Assembly: GCA_965205015.1 (NCBI GenBank)
Contig: OZ242029.1
Coordinates: 3,072,001 to 3,136,000 of the forward strand
Origin: Candidatus Poribacteria bacterium
GTDB lineage: Bacteria > Poribacteria > WGA-4E > WGA-3G
Direction: 5' to 3'
Length of the DNA: 64,000 nt
This document shows, piece by piece, positions 19,027 to 29,383 of this stretch (its first letter is position 1; each line of letters begins with the position of its first letter). The notes beneath the pieces are model-generated. The model saw nothing but the letters and a program-made list of their open reading frames with translations, did not search any database and was not told the DNA's origin. Both the position numbers and the translations under genes were made by a program.

Positions 19027-22000
19027 CTATTTCAGTATCAGCATTTTGCTGGTAGCGGTGAAGTCGCCTGCGGTGAGTGTGTAGAAATAGAGACCGCTGG
19101 CGACGCGTTCACCGATAGCATTTCTACCGTCCCAATACGCAGCGCGCCCTTTGCTCTCATAAGCCCCCGCCGACCGATAGCCTAATGCCAGGGTGCGTAT
19201 CAACTTCCCGTCCATCGAGTAGATACTGAATGTCACCTCGGCAGGTTCAGCGAGATGATAAGGTATCCACGTTTCTGGGTTGAACGGGTTCGGATAGTTC
19301 GGTAATACGGCTGTCTGTGTTGGGACTTCTGACAATTCCTGCCAAAGTGTAGACAATGCCTCCGTTTCAGGTCTTAACTGTGCTTGCAAGGAAGGCGCGG
19401 CATAAGTGACTCTCACGCGACATTTTGCCCAGACTGTTACATACAGGGTGGTTTCATCTACACAGTGCTCATAAATACGAGTCCAAAGTCCGACCGTCTT
19501 GCCATCCCACTCGACATACCGGCTATGGCTGGCATGGAGTTTGTTTAGCATAGGTTTATAGGAGAGATAGGGTGCGTCACCATTCTCATCCCAACCATAG
19601 GAACCTGGTTTTGCAGTTACGGAATAATCATACAACTCCTCACATTCCGCACTGAAGTCAAGGGTTTTTGGGCCCGCCCAATACCACTCTCTCCCGCTGC
19701 AGAATTTCCACCAGGACGATCCCTTCCTGCTCCTGAAAGTAACCGACTTCTGAACGTTCTTTGTTTGATATCTAACTTTACCGGTTACATTGATACGGAT
19801 GTGTTTGGAGACATTCCCTGATGTTACCTTCAAGGTCCCTGGAACATCCGACCCTTTGAATGTTACCTGAGCCGTTGCGCTAGTCCCGTTGTCCCCGGTA
19901 TTAAGGACGTTCCTACTGAAAGTTATAGTAGCTGCACCGGTTGAAGCAAGTGCCACCGGGGCATTGGATATCGGTTGATTATGCGTGTTAAGAACCGTAA
20001 CAGAAATTCCCACCGTCTTTCTTGTTGTCGCAGCATACGAGTCGGGATTATCTTCGGAACCTAACCTAACCTTTATATTGCTGGGCCTGAGTTCTGGGTA
20101 CAGTGCCTCTATAAAGCCTATGTCCGTTTCCGATAATACAACGTTTCCTCGTGTCACGCCTCCTGCTTTCAAAGGGATACCCGAGTACAGCATAATTGAC
20201 TTAGGATCGAATGCCGTGTAATTTGTCTGCGTCCACTCGTCCCTTTCAAGTATGTCTATGCCATTTTTGTAACCTGTGTTCTCCTCACTACAGTACTCCT
20301 GAGTAACCATCATACTATAATTGTTACACAATTCTACAGCAACCTTCTTCCTAAGTTCATTACCCGTTAAGCCCGTGTCTTTCGCTGTCTGCTGCGTGAC
20401 CGATCTTTTTATTGTTTCTGTGTCAAAAATATCGTGTAGAGTTGCGCTCGGGTTACTCTGTTCATGGATGAGCCCAAGGGCGTGACCAAATTCATGTATG
20501 ATTGTCCCCGAAGGGGGCAAATCAGGATTGAAATCATTGAACCGATGATTCTCATCATAATAGGGGTTTTTTGTGCCGAACCCCGCGCCCAACCACATCG
20601 TAGGTTTCCCTTTGTGCCGCTTTGCCAGGGTGCCTACATAGGCGCTGCTCCGGAACCCGCTTTTCTCAAACCGAACACGAATATCGGACGGACGATTCTC
20701 CGAAGTAAATATGAAACGGAGTGCAGCCTTGCTTGTCCGTTCATCTTCTGTATCTTTAATAGCCTCGTTTGTCCATTTGGATGCGAAATGTTTCACTTTT
20801 TCCATTTGAAGCGACTTCCCTTCCCCGTTCATAAATCTCACGGTTATAACGGTGGGATGAAAAAGACTGGCTTCCTCGTATACAGTATCTTCTTTATGCC
20901 AGAAATGTTTCCGTTCCCCTACAGCCCCTAAAGCCCCTGGAATGTCAGTTACGGGAGCTGGAGGCTCAGAGGTCGCACACCACAAACCAATACTGCTCAA
21001 CAGTTCATCATCGTAGATGATGGTTGTAACCTCGGTTCCTCCGTTTCTCAAACCGTCAAGGGGGGTCTCATCGGTAATCGGGTTGTCAGAAAGAACGAGC
21101 CCTTTCAGGTTTCGCGAGTTTGCGAGGGATGAAACATTAGTGATGCCATTGTTATGAAGATCCAGGCCCGTCAGATTTTTCAAGTTTGCCAGGGGAGACA
21201 CATCAAAGATGATGTTGTCAGAAAGCTTCAGCAGTCTCAATTTTTCCAAGTTTGCCAGGGGAGACACATCAAAGATGACGTTGTCAGAAAGATTCAGTTC
21301 TTTTAGATTTCGCAAGTTTGCGAGGGGTGAAATATCAGCGATGGCGTTTTGGGAAAGATCCAGGGTCTCCAGATTGACAGCAAACTCAAGACCTGTGAGA
21401 TCTGTAACTGTAACCCCTGAAACCCCCAAGTTTATCAATGTTGTCAGATGCCCTCGAGTGATTGGGGCATCCTCAGCGAGTTTGAGTATGTTCGTAATCC
21501 CGAGGCGGAAGATGGGATCCGGCATATCAACCAAAATGTCAAAGTCCCCGCCTGTAGGTACGGGGCGGTCGTCGGTTCCGCCCGTCGCACGGTTGGGGTC
21601 GGGAATGTCAACCGGGGCGTCAGGGGCAATGTCTCTGTCTCCCGTGGAGACAATCGACGCTCCCTGCTCCAGCCACAATGCCAGTTCCTGTCCCCGCAGA
21701 TTTTCAAATCCTCCCGTATCGTCTATCAACCGGAGTGCCTCCAGATTCGTCAAGTTTTGGAGGGGGGCACTATCGGATATCTGGTTTTCTGAAAGTATCA
21801 ACGTTTTCAGATTCTTCAAGTTTTGGAGTGGCGCAATATCGGATATCGGATTGCCGTCAATCCCGAGTGCTATCAGATTTGTCAAGTTTTGGAGTGGCGC
21901 AATATTCGATATATTGTTATCAGAGAGGACCAACGTTTTCAGGTTGACAGCAAACTCAAGTCCTGTGAGGTCGGTAATTGACTTATTGGCAGCCCGCAAG

Positions 22001-22632
22001 GGGCGTGTCAATCCTTCCATCTCCGCCTGCGTGATTGGCGTATTTGCGGGTTTGTTGAGCACCCCCGCAATCACACGGCGGAGGTTGGGGTCCGGAATGT
22101 GGATGCCTCCGCCTGCGGGTTGAGAGACTGGCACCCAGGTGTTGGTGACACTGATTTGCGAACCTTTGGGATATTTGATAAAGCCATCTTTGTTGGACAA
22201 CTCTGTTTTGGCAACAGTCGTGAAGCTAATTTGTGCGAGCGTTGCAGTGCCAAACGCCGGGGTCACGACCTTAAAGACAAAGCCCTGACGTTTTTCTGAC
22301 TTCGGGAGCCACGAACGTACCGTTGGGGTGTTTTGCCGAGGTTTTAGTGCCTGTCCCGCACTATTCTGGATTTGGAAATAGATCGGGTTATTTTGATACC
22401 CATAAAACTTATGAAACTTTCCTGGAGTGATCGTGTAGTACCCCACTGTCCGATACCCTTGCTCTGGGACATCGCGGCTGGGAGCCAGCCAGGTAGAAAA
22501 CACGACGTATAGCGTTTCCGTGGTTTTGTTGGTGATCCTGCTTTCTGTCCAATTGTTTTGTGCGACTGCTAACTGGGTGTAGGTTAGTATGATTAAACTG
22601 GCGGTCAACGTGATAACAGACATCTTTCGCAT
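19027..22632 (-). CDS. Secreted LRR + astacin-like metzincin protease + Ig-like + NYPNPFNP C-terminal domain
   Basis: Signal peptide; LRRs; HEFGHALGLIHE; Met-turn SIMLY; NYPNPFNPETWIPY...WDGRN..GE.VASGLYFY. Confidence 0.88.
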   Translation of the reverse strand: MRKMSVITLTASLIILTYTQLAVAQNNWTESRITNKTTETLYVVFSTWLAPSRDVPEQGYRTVGYYTITPGKFHKFYGYQNNPIYFQIQNSAGQALKPRQNTPTVRSWLPKSEKRQGFVFKVVTPAFGTATLAQISFTTVAKTELSNKDGFIKYPKGSQISVTNTWVPVSQPAGGGIHIPDPNLRRVIAGVLNKPANTPITQAEMEGLTRPLRAANKSITDLTGLEFAVNLKTLVLSDNNISNIAPLQNLTNLIALGIDGNPISDIAPLQNLKNLKTLILSENQISDSAPLQNLTNLEALRLIDDTGGFENLRGQELALWLEQGASIVSTGDRDIAPDAPVDIPDPNRATGGTDDRPVPTGGDFDILVDMPDPIFRLGITNILKLAEDAPITRGHLTTLINLGVSGVTVTDLTGLEFAVNLETLDLSQNAIADISPLANLRNLKELNLSDNVIFDVSPLANLEKLRLLKLSDNIIFDVSPLANLKNLTGLDLHNNGITNVSSLANSRNLKGLVLSDNPITDETPLDGLRNGGTEVTTIIYDDELLSSIGLWCATSEPPAPVTDIPGALGAVGERKHFWHKEDTVYEEASLFHPTVITVRFMNGEGKSLQMEKVKHFASKWTNEAIKDTEDERTSKAALRFIFTSENRPSDIRVRFEKSGFRSSAYVGTLAKRHKGKPTMWLGAGFGTKNPYYDENHRFNDFNPDLPPSGTIIHEFGHALGLIHEQSNPSATLHDIFDTETIKRSVTQQTAKDTGLTGNELRKKVAVELCNNYSMMVTQEYCSEENTGYKNGIDILERDEWTQTNYTAFDPKSIMLYSGIPLKAGGVTRGNVVLSETDIGFIEALYPELRPSNIKVRLGSEDNPDSYAATTRKTVGISVTVLNTHNQPISNAPVALASTGAATITFSRNVLNTGDNGTSATAQVTFKGSDVPGTLKVTSGNVSKHIRINVTGKVRYQTKNVQKSVTFRSRKGSSWWKFCSGREWYWAGPKTLDFSAECEELYDYSVTAKPGSYGWDENGDAPYLSYKPMLNKLHASHSRYVEWDGKTVGLWTRIYEHCVDETTLYVTVWAKCRVRVTYAAPSLQAQLRPETEALSTLWQELSEVPTQTAVLPNYPNPFNPETWIPYHLAEPAEVTFSIYSMDGKLIRTLALGYRSAGAYESKGRAAYWDGRNAIGERVASGLYFYTLTAGDFTATSKMLILK

Positions 22633-22706
22633 TTTTCTTCTCCTTCATAAGCCTTTCTTGTGTGTGAAATAGAACCATCTATCCCTACCTTGTTTTTGAC
22701 ATCGGC

Positions 22707-23061
22707 AGAGAGACGAAGGTAACAGTATCATGAAGCAGTTTATTGTGCAGGATCCGCATTCGGGTCTACATTTTGCATTTGACAACGTATGCACATCACT
22801 CAACGGATTCCGACGCGGAGACGAAGAATAGAATTTCCCGTCATACGCATCCAAACACCATTCCGAAACGTTGCCACTCATATCATACAGACCATAACCG
22901 TTTGCTGAATAACTCCCGACTGCCCGCGTGTCCCTTGGTGGAGGCACAAAGTCACCAAAGTTCGCCTGATCTCTGGATATCGTGTTCCCCCACGGAAACT
23001 CCAACCCTGACTTGCCGCCACGCGCCGCTTTTTCCCATTCCGCCTCTGTCGGTAAACGCTT
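22707..23061 (-). pseudogene. Deleted duplicate fragment of the FGE-sulfatase gene 3' region
   Basis: 22772-23061 matches 29658-29947 (one mismatch seen); 22707-22772 matches ~29351-29416. Confidence 0.85.
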
Positions 23062-23140
23062 TCTCCTTAATCGTTTCGATGGTAGGTCCAAAAACATTTC
23101 AATAATCTGATGGGAGGGAAAACCTTGCCATTCGTTCTTT

Positions 23141-25579
23141 TTATTTCAATATTAGCATCCTGCCGGTAGCGACGAACTCCCCAGCGGTGAGTGTGTAGAA
23201 ATAGAGACCGCTGGCGACGCGCTCACCAGCAGCATTTCTGCCGTCCCAATACGCCGCACGCGCCTTGCTCTCATAGACTCCTGCAGACTGGTAGCCCACC
23301 GGTAATCTCCGCACCAGCATTCCATCGGCAGCATAGATGCTGAGCGTCACGTCTGCGGGTTCGGCGAGATGATAGGGTATCCACGTCTCCGGGTTGAACG
23401 GGTTCGGGTAGTTCGAGAGGAGTGCCGTTTGTGTCGGGACTTCTGACAACTCCTGCCAAAGTGTAGACAACGCCTCCATTTCGGGTCTTAATTGAACCTG
23501 TGAAGGCGCAGCAGCGATTGAGGCAACGACAATTTGCAGATCCAAGAGATTAACAATGCCATCGTCATTGACATCGGCAGCGGTTGCTCCGCGCTTACCG
23601 AAGTCTGATGCCACCAAAATTAGGTCAGCAACGTTGACAGCACCATCGCCATTGACATCCGCCGGTAGCCTCTCGTCTATAGGCGGAGGTGTGAGTTCCC
23701 ACAACAGGATGGTATCATCCCAACTCCCTGTTGCGAGCGTGCTGCTGCCATCGGGACTATACGCAATACTATTGACCCAGCTGGTGTGTCCACTGAGTGT
23801 ATTTTTGAGTTCGCCCGTTTTGACATCCCATAACCGCACGGTTGTATCCTCACTTCCGGTTGCGAGTGTGGTGCCATCGGGACTATACGCAACACTCAAG
23901 ACAGCCTCGGTATGTTCATCGAGTGTATTTTTGAGTTCGCCCATTTCGACATCCCATAACCGCACGGTTGTATCCTCACTTCCGGTTGCGAGTGTGGTGC
24001 CATCGGGACTATACGCAACACTCAAGACAGCCTCGGTATGTTCATCGAGTGTATTTTTGAGTTCGCCCGTTTCGACATCCCATAATCGCATAGTGCGGTC
24101 AGCACTCCCCGTTGCGAGTGTGGTGCCATCGGGACTATACGCAACACTATTGACCCAGCTGGTGTGTCCACTGAGTGTATTTTTGAGTTCGCCCGTTTCG
24201 ACATCCCATAGATACACAGTGCTGTCATTACTTCCCATTGCGAGTGTGGTGCCATCGGGACTATACGCAACACTTAAGACAGTGCTGGTGTGTTCATCCG
24301 CAAATGAGCCTAAAGAGGGCACTGTGAGTATATTTTTGAGTTCGCCCGTTTCGACATCCCATAATCGCGCAGTGCCGTCCTTACTCCCCGTTGCGAGGGT
24401 GGTGCCATCCGGACTATACGTAACAGTGTCAACAGAACTAATGTGTCCACTGAGTGTATTTTTGAGTTCGTCCGTTTCGACATCCCATAACCGCACGACG
24501 GTATCCCAGCTCCCCGTTGCGAGCGTGCTACCATCCGAACTATACGCAACACTTAAGATAGCCCCGGTGTATTCCTTGAGTGTGCCTTCAAGGGTGCCCG
24601 TTTCGACGTTCCATAACCACACAGTGCCGTCGCGACTCTCACTTACGAGGGTGGTGCCATCGGGACTATACGCAATACTGCCGACAGCACTGGTGTGTTC
24701 ATTGAGTATGTTTTTGAGGGTGCCCGTCTCAGCATCCCATAACCGCACAGTGCCGTCGCTACCCCCACTTGCGAGTGTGGTGCCATCGGGACTATACGCA
24801 ACACTTTTGACAACACTGGTGTGTTCATTGAGTGTGTTTTTGAGGGTGCCCGTCTCAACATCCCATAACCGCACAGTGCCGTCGCTACTCCCACTTGCGA
24901 GGGTGGTGCTATCCGTACTATACGCAACACTTAAGACCCAACCGGTGTGTTCATTGAGTGTGTTTTTGAGGGTGCCCGTCTCAACATCCCATAACCGCAC
25001 GGTGGTATCCCAACTCCCCGTTGCGAGGGTGGTGCCATCGGGACTATACACGATACTATCGACCAAGGCGGTGTGTTCATCGAGGGTGCTTATGAGACTG
25101 CTGGTCTCAATATCCCATAACCACACGATGCCGTCGTTACCCCCAATTGCGAGGGTGGTGCCATCGGGACTATACGCGACCCTTTTGACCCAGCCGATGT
25201 GTTTATCAAGGGAGTTTTTGAGGGTGCCCGTCTCAACATCCCATAACCCTACGGTGTTATCATTATTCACACTTGCGAGGGTGGTGGCATCGGGACTATA
25301 CGCGATACTTAAGACATCGCCGGTGTATTCGGTCGGGACGGTGAGGAGCGCAAGTGCTTCTCTGCTATCGGTATCATAGAGCCAAATACCGATACTACTC
25401 GCCACCGCAAGCTGGGCACCATCCGGCGAATACGCTATGTCGTTTATGGAACCCTTACTGAGCCGCGCTTTGGCACTCCCGGGCAGCCCCCATTGTGAGG
25501 TGTCCTGGGCAAATGTGGTGGACGCGAGGGTAGATGCCAGAAATGAAAATACAAAAACGAAAAATAATCTGAGTTGCAT
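23141..25579 (-). CDS. Secreted WD40 protein with dockerin-like module and NYPNPFNP C-terminal domain
   Basis: About 14 WD40 repeats (SVAYSPDGTTLATGS.D.TVRLWD); DVNGDGAVN...DVNDDGIVN; CTD. Confidence 0.92.
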   Translation of the reverse strand: MQLRLFFVFVFSFLASTLASTTFAQDTSQWGLPGSAKARLSKGSINDIAYSPDGAQLAVASSIGIWLYDTDSREALALLTVPTEYTGDVLSIAYSPDATTLASVNNDNTVGLWDVETGTLKNSLDKHIGWVKRVAYSPDGTTLAIGGNDGIVWLWDIETSSLISTLDEHTALVDSIVYSPDGTTLATGSWDTTVRLWDVETGTLKNTLNEHTGWVLSVAYSTDSTTLASGSSDGTVRLWDVETGTLKNTLNEHTSVVKSVAYSPDGTTLASGGSDGTVRLWDAETGTLKNILNEHTSAVGSIAYSPDGTTLVSESRDGTVWLWNVETGTLEGTLKEYTGAILSVAYSSDGSTLATGSWDTVVRLWDVETDELKNTLSGHISSVDTVTYSPDGTTLATGSKDGTARLWDVETGELKNILTVPSLGSFADEHTSTVLSVAYSPDGTTLAMGSNDSTVYLWDVETGELKNTLSGHTSWVNSVAYSPDGTTLATGSADRTMRLWDVETGELKNTLDEHTEAVLSVAYSPDGTTLATGSEDTTVRLWDVEMGELKNTLDEHTEAVLSVAYSPDGTTLATGSEDTTVRLWDVKTGELKNTLSGHTSWVNSIAYSPDGSSTLATGSWDDTILLWELTPPPIDERLPADVNGDGAVNVADLILVASDFGKRGATAADVNDDGIVNLLDLQIVVASIAAAPSQVQLRPEMEALSTLWQELSEVPTQTALLSNYPNPFNPETWIPYHLAEPADVTLSIYAADGMLVRRLPVGYQSAGVYESKARAAYWDGRNAAGERVASGLYFYTLTAGEFVATGRMLILK

Positions 25580-25596
25580 CGGGAAATGCCTCCTTT

Positions 25597-28500
25597 TTAT
25601 TTTAGAATCAGCATCCTGCCTGTAGCGGCGAACTCCCCAGCCGTGAATGTGTAGAGGTAGAGACCACTCGCCACCCGCTCACCAAAGGCATTCCTGCCAT
25701 CCCAATACGCCGCACGGCTCTTGCTCTCGTAGACCCCCGCCGACTGGTAGCCCAACGCTAAGGTGCGCACCAACTTTCCATCTGCGGAATAGATCGTCAA
25801 GGTCACGTCTGCGGGCTCGGCGAGGTGATACGGGATCCACGTCTCCGGGTTGAACGGGTTCGGGTAATTCGACAACAACGCAGTTTCTGCTGGGACTTCT
25901 GACAACTCCTGCCAAAGTGTAGACAACACATCCGTCAAAGCAGGTGCCGCAACGATATTTGACTCTTTACATGTTACTGTGACCCTCACCTCCAGTGTGT
26001 TTGGTGTATCACCACAGTGTTCTCTCAGATACGCCCTAACTCTCAATCTTCCGTCCTCTGTTATGGAGTGGCTCACCCTGTTCGTGCCCTGATATGGATG
26101 AGAAATGCCAGTTATCCGGTTCCTACTACATACAGCGCTGAAGTCATGGTATTTTGGGGGCGTGAAATACCAGTCTGGATCGCCACCGTCAATGCCGAAG
26201 ACGTGGTGGCACTCCCAAAAGTCAGCTTTCCTGCTACTGAAAGTAAAATCAGCGTAGAGATACTTTTTCGAAGTCACAGTTGTACCTTTTACATAGACAG
26301 AGACGTTACGCGTGAGTCCTCCCGCGCGTACCTTCAAGGTACCCGATACATTTGCCCCTTTGAATGTTACGGTAGTGCGCGCATCGCCCGTGGCACCGGT
26401 ATTCGGGTGAGTTTGACCGAAACGTATAGAAGCACTACCGCTTGAAGAAAGCACCACCTGCACATTGGATAGGGGCCGACTATACCCCTCGCCAAAGACC
26501 CGAACAGAAAGTTCTCTTGAAGTTCTTGTGTTCACAGTATACGAGCTGGGATTGGTGTCGGAACCTAACTTTACCTCTAACCGCTTGGGGAGCGGTTGTG
26601 TTACATTGATAGAGACGTTCTGAGTGAGTCCCCCCGCTTTCACCTGCAAGCGAGCCTTTTGATTCCATCCTGTAGATCTAAACAGAGTTGTCGCGCCAAT
26701 CCCCGTGGGGCCGGTATTCAGGACATTCCGATCAAAAGTTATAGGTGCATCACCGTCTGCAGCAAGCGTCACTGGCACATTGGAGAGTCCCTGATTATTA
26801 CCGTCACGGACCGTAACAGCAATTGTATGCTTGGCCCCTGTTAACACATTGACAGTCCCGGTGGATTTTATCCCATCTACAACTACCTCTATCTTCTTGA
26901 TGAGACCTTTCTTTGGATACAGTGACCCTATAAACTCTTTGTCTGTTGTTGATAAGTGGTAGTTTGTCTCTGTTAAGCCGCCTCCTTTCAAAGGTAAATC
27001 GTAGTACAGCATAATTGACTCAGAATCGAATTCCGTGTAATTTGTCTGCGTCCACCCGTCCCTTTCAAGTATGCTTGTTACTCCATACTGCTTACACATA
27101 TCCTCAGTAACCCCTCCAATCGCCCCATAATTCTGACACAGCTCCAGATTAACGGCATCCGTAAGTGCTTGTCCCTTTAACTTGGGGTCCGTCATTTTTC
27201 TCCGTGTGACCATATCCCTTATCAAGCTTGTGTCAAAAATATCCTGTAGAACGGCACTCGGGTTACTCTGTTCATGGAGGAGTCCAAGGGCGTGACCAAA
27301 TTCATGTAAGATTGTGCCCGAAGGGGGCACCTCAGGATTGGAATCCAATGGCTCCTCTGGGTTTTGTCTGCCGTACCCCGCGCCCAACCACAGCGTAGGT
27401 TTCCCTTTGTAATTGTTTGCCGCATTTCCTACAAGGGATGCGCTTCGGACACCCCTTTTCTCGAACCGAACACGAATATCGGACGGAAGATTCTCCTCAA
27501 TAAATATAAAGCGGAGTTCAGCATGCTGTGCCCATCTGGGTGCGAACTTTCTCACTGCGGCTTTTTGAAGGGGTGTCCCGTTCATAAATCTCACTGTTAA
27601 AACGACACCATCGCCAGGACTGGCTTCCTGGTATACGGTATCTTCTTGTTGCCAGAAGGCACTCTTTTCGCCTACAGCTCCAAGAGAAATGCTAATTCCT
27701 TGGCCAGTGTGGATTGACGAAAAACGCGAAGAAAACGGAGCAGAAGTTGCGCACCACATGCCAACACTGCTCAAAAATTCATCCCATTCATCCGGAGTGT
27801 AATCGGCGTTGATATCGAACGCTTGTGATTCCCTGGGGACAATGGATGTTCCCTGCTCCAGCCACCTCGACAGTTGCTCTCCCCGCAGATTTTCAAAGCC
27901 ACCAGTCGCATCTATCAACCGCAACGTTTCCAACCCCTCTAAGTTTCGGAGGGGGGCACTATCGGATATCTGGTTTTCTGAAAGCACCAACGCTTTCAGA
28001 TTTACCAAATTCGCAAGGGGCGAAATATCCGATATCGGGTTGTCGTCAATCCCGAGTGCTATCAGATGTGTCAAGGCTCCGAGTGGCGCAATATCGGATA
28101 TATTGTTACCAGAGAGGAACAACGTTTTCAGGTTCACAGCAAACTCCAGACCGGTGAGATCCGTAATTGAGGTATTGGAAGCCCGAAATGCTCCTGTCAA
28201 CTTTTCCATCTCTCTCTGAGTGATTGGGGTATTTGCGGGTTTGTTGAGCATCCCCGCAATCACACGGCGGAGGTTGGGGTCGGGAATGCGGAGGTTGTTG
28301 GGATCCTGAGTGTCAACTCGGGAGTTAGGAACAGAGGTTCTGTCCCCCGTGGAGACAATTGACGCTCCCTGCTCCAGCCACAATGCCAGTTCCTGTCCCC
28401 GCAGATTTTCAAATCCTCCCGTATCGTCTATCAACCGCAGCGTTTCCAGATTCGTCAAGTTTTGGAGGGGGGCACTATCGGATATCTGGTTTTTTGAAAG

Positions 28501-29337
28501 TATCAACGTTTTCAGATTCGTCAAGTTTTGGAGTGGCGCAATATCGGATATCGGATTGCCGTCAATCCCGAGTGCTATCAGATGTGTCAAGTCTCTGAGT
28601 GGCGCAATATCGGATATATTGTTATCAGAGAGGACCAACGTTTTCAGGTTGACAGCAAATTCGAGGCCTGTGATATCCGTAATTGACTTATTGGAAGCCC
28701 GGAACGCTCCTGTCAACTTTTCCATATCTCTCTGAGTGATCGGTGCATTTGAGGGTTTGTTGAGCGTTCCTGTAATCGCACGGCGGAGGATGGGGTCCGG
28801 AATGTGGATGCCTCCGCCTGCGGGTTGAGAGACTGGCACCCAGGTGTTGGTGACACTGATTTGCGAACCTTTGGGATATTTGATAAAGCCATCTTTGTTG
28901 GACAACTCTGTTTTGGCAACAGTCGTGAAACTAATTTGTGCGAGCGTTGCAGTGCCAAACGCCGGGGTCACGACCTTAAAGACAAAGCCCTGACGTTTTT
29001 CTGACTTCGGGAGCCACGAACGTACCGTTGGGGTGTTTTGCCGAGGTTTTAGTGCCTGTCCCGCACTATTCTGGATTTGGAAATAGATCGGATTATCTTT
29101 ATACCCATAAAACTTATGAAACTTTCCTGGAGCGATCGTGTAGTACCCCACTGTCCGATACCCTTGCTCTGGGACATCGCGGCTGGGAGCCAGCCAGGTA
29201 GAAAACACGACGTATAGCGTTTCCGTGGTTTTGTTGGTGATCCTGCTTTCTGTCCAATTGTTTTGTGCGACTGCTAACTGGGTGTAGGTTAGTATGATTA
29301 AACTGGCGGTCAACGTGATAACAGACATCTTTCGCAT
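25597..29337 (-). CDS. Secreted LRR + astacin-like protease + two Ig-like + NYPNPFNP domain (paralog of 19027-22632)
   Basis: Start MRKMSV after AGGAG; HEFGHALGLLHE; SIMLY; CTD. Confidence 0.88.
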   Translation of the reverse strand: MRKMSVITLTASLIILTYTQLAVAQNNWTESRITNKTTETLYVVFSTWLAPSRDVPEQGYRTVGYYTIAPGKFHKFYGYKDNPIYFQIQNSAGQALKPRQNTPTVRSWLPKSEKRQGFVFKVVTPAFGTATLAQISFTTVAKTELSNKDGFIKYPKGSQISVTNTWVPVSQPAGGGIHIPDPILRRAITGTLNKPSNAPITQRDMEKLTGAFRASNKSITDITGLEFAVNLKTLVLSDNNISDIAPLRDLTHLIALGIDGNPISDIAPLQNLTNLKTLILSKNQISDSAPLQNLTNLETLRLIDDTGGFENLRGQELALWLEQGASIVSTGDRTSVPNSRVDTQDPNNLRIPDPNLRRVIAGMLNKPANTPITQREMEKLTGAFRASNTSITDLTGLEFAVNLKTLFLSGNNISDIAPLGALTHLIALGIDDNPISDISPLANLVNLKALVLSENQISDSAPLRNLEGLETLRLIDATGGFENLRGEQLSRWLEQGTSIVPRESQAFDINADYTPDEWDEFLSSVGMWCATSAPFSSRFSSIHTGQGISISLGAVGEKSAFWQQEDTVYQEASPGDGVVLTVRFMNGTPLQKAAVRKFAPRWAQHAELRFIFIEENLPSDIRVRFEKRGVRSASLVGNAANNYKGKPTLWLGAGYGRQNPEEPLDSNPEVPPSGTILHEFGHALGLLHEQSNPSAVLQDIFDTSLIRDMVTRRKMTDPKLKGQALTDAVNLELCQNYGAIGGVTEDMCKQYGVTSILERDGWTQTNYTEFDSESIMLYYDLPLKGGGLTETNYHLSTTDKEFIGSLYPKKGLIKKIEVVVDGIKSTGTVNVLTGAKHTIAVTVRDGNNQGLSNVPVTLAADGDAPITFDRNVLNTGPTGIGATTLFRSTGWNQKARLQVKAGGLTQNVSINVTQPLPKRLEVKLGSDTNPSSYTVNTRTSRELSVRVFGEGYSRPLSNVQVVLSSSGSASIRFGQTHPNTGATGDARTTVTFKGANVSGTLKVRAGGLTRNVSVYVKGTTVTSKKYLYADFTFSSRKADFWECHHVFGIDGGDPDWYFTPPKYHDFSAVCSRNRITGISHPYQGTNRVSHSITEDGRLRVRAYLREHCGDTPNTLEVRVTVTCKESNIVAAPALTDVLSTLWQELSEVPAETALLSNYPNPFNPETWIPYHLAEPADVTLTIYSADGKLVRTLALGYQSAGVYESKSRAAYWDGRNAFGERVASGLYLYTFTAGEFAATGRMLILK

Positions 29338-29383
29338 TTTTCTTCTCCTTAGAGAGACGAAGGTAACAGTATCATGAAGCAGT

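Noticed and set aside
21209-22123. 304-aa plus-strand ORF
   Set aside because: Antisense shadow of LRR codons.
23556-25379. 607-aa plus-strand ORF
   Set aside because: Antisense shadow of the WD40 repeats.
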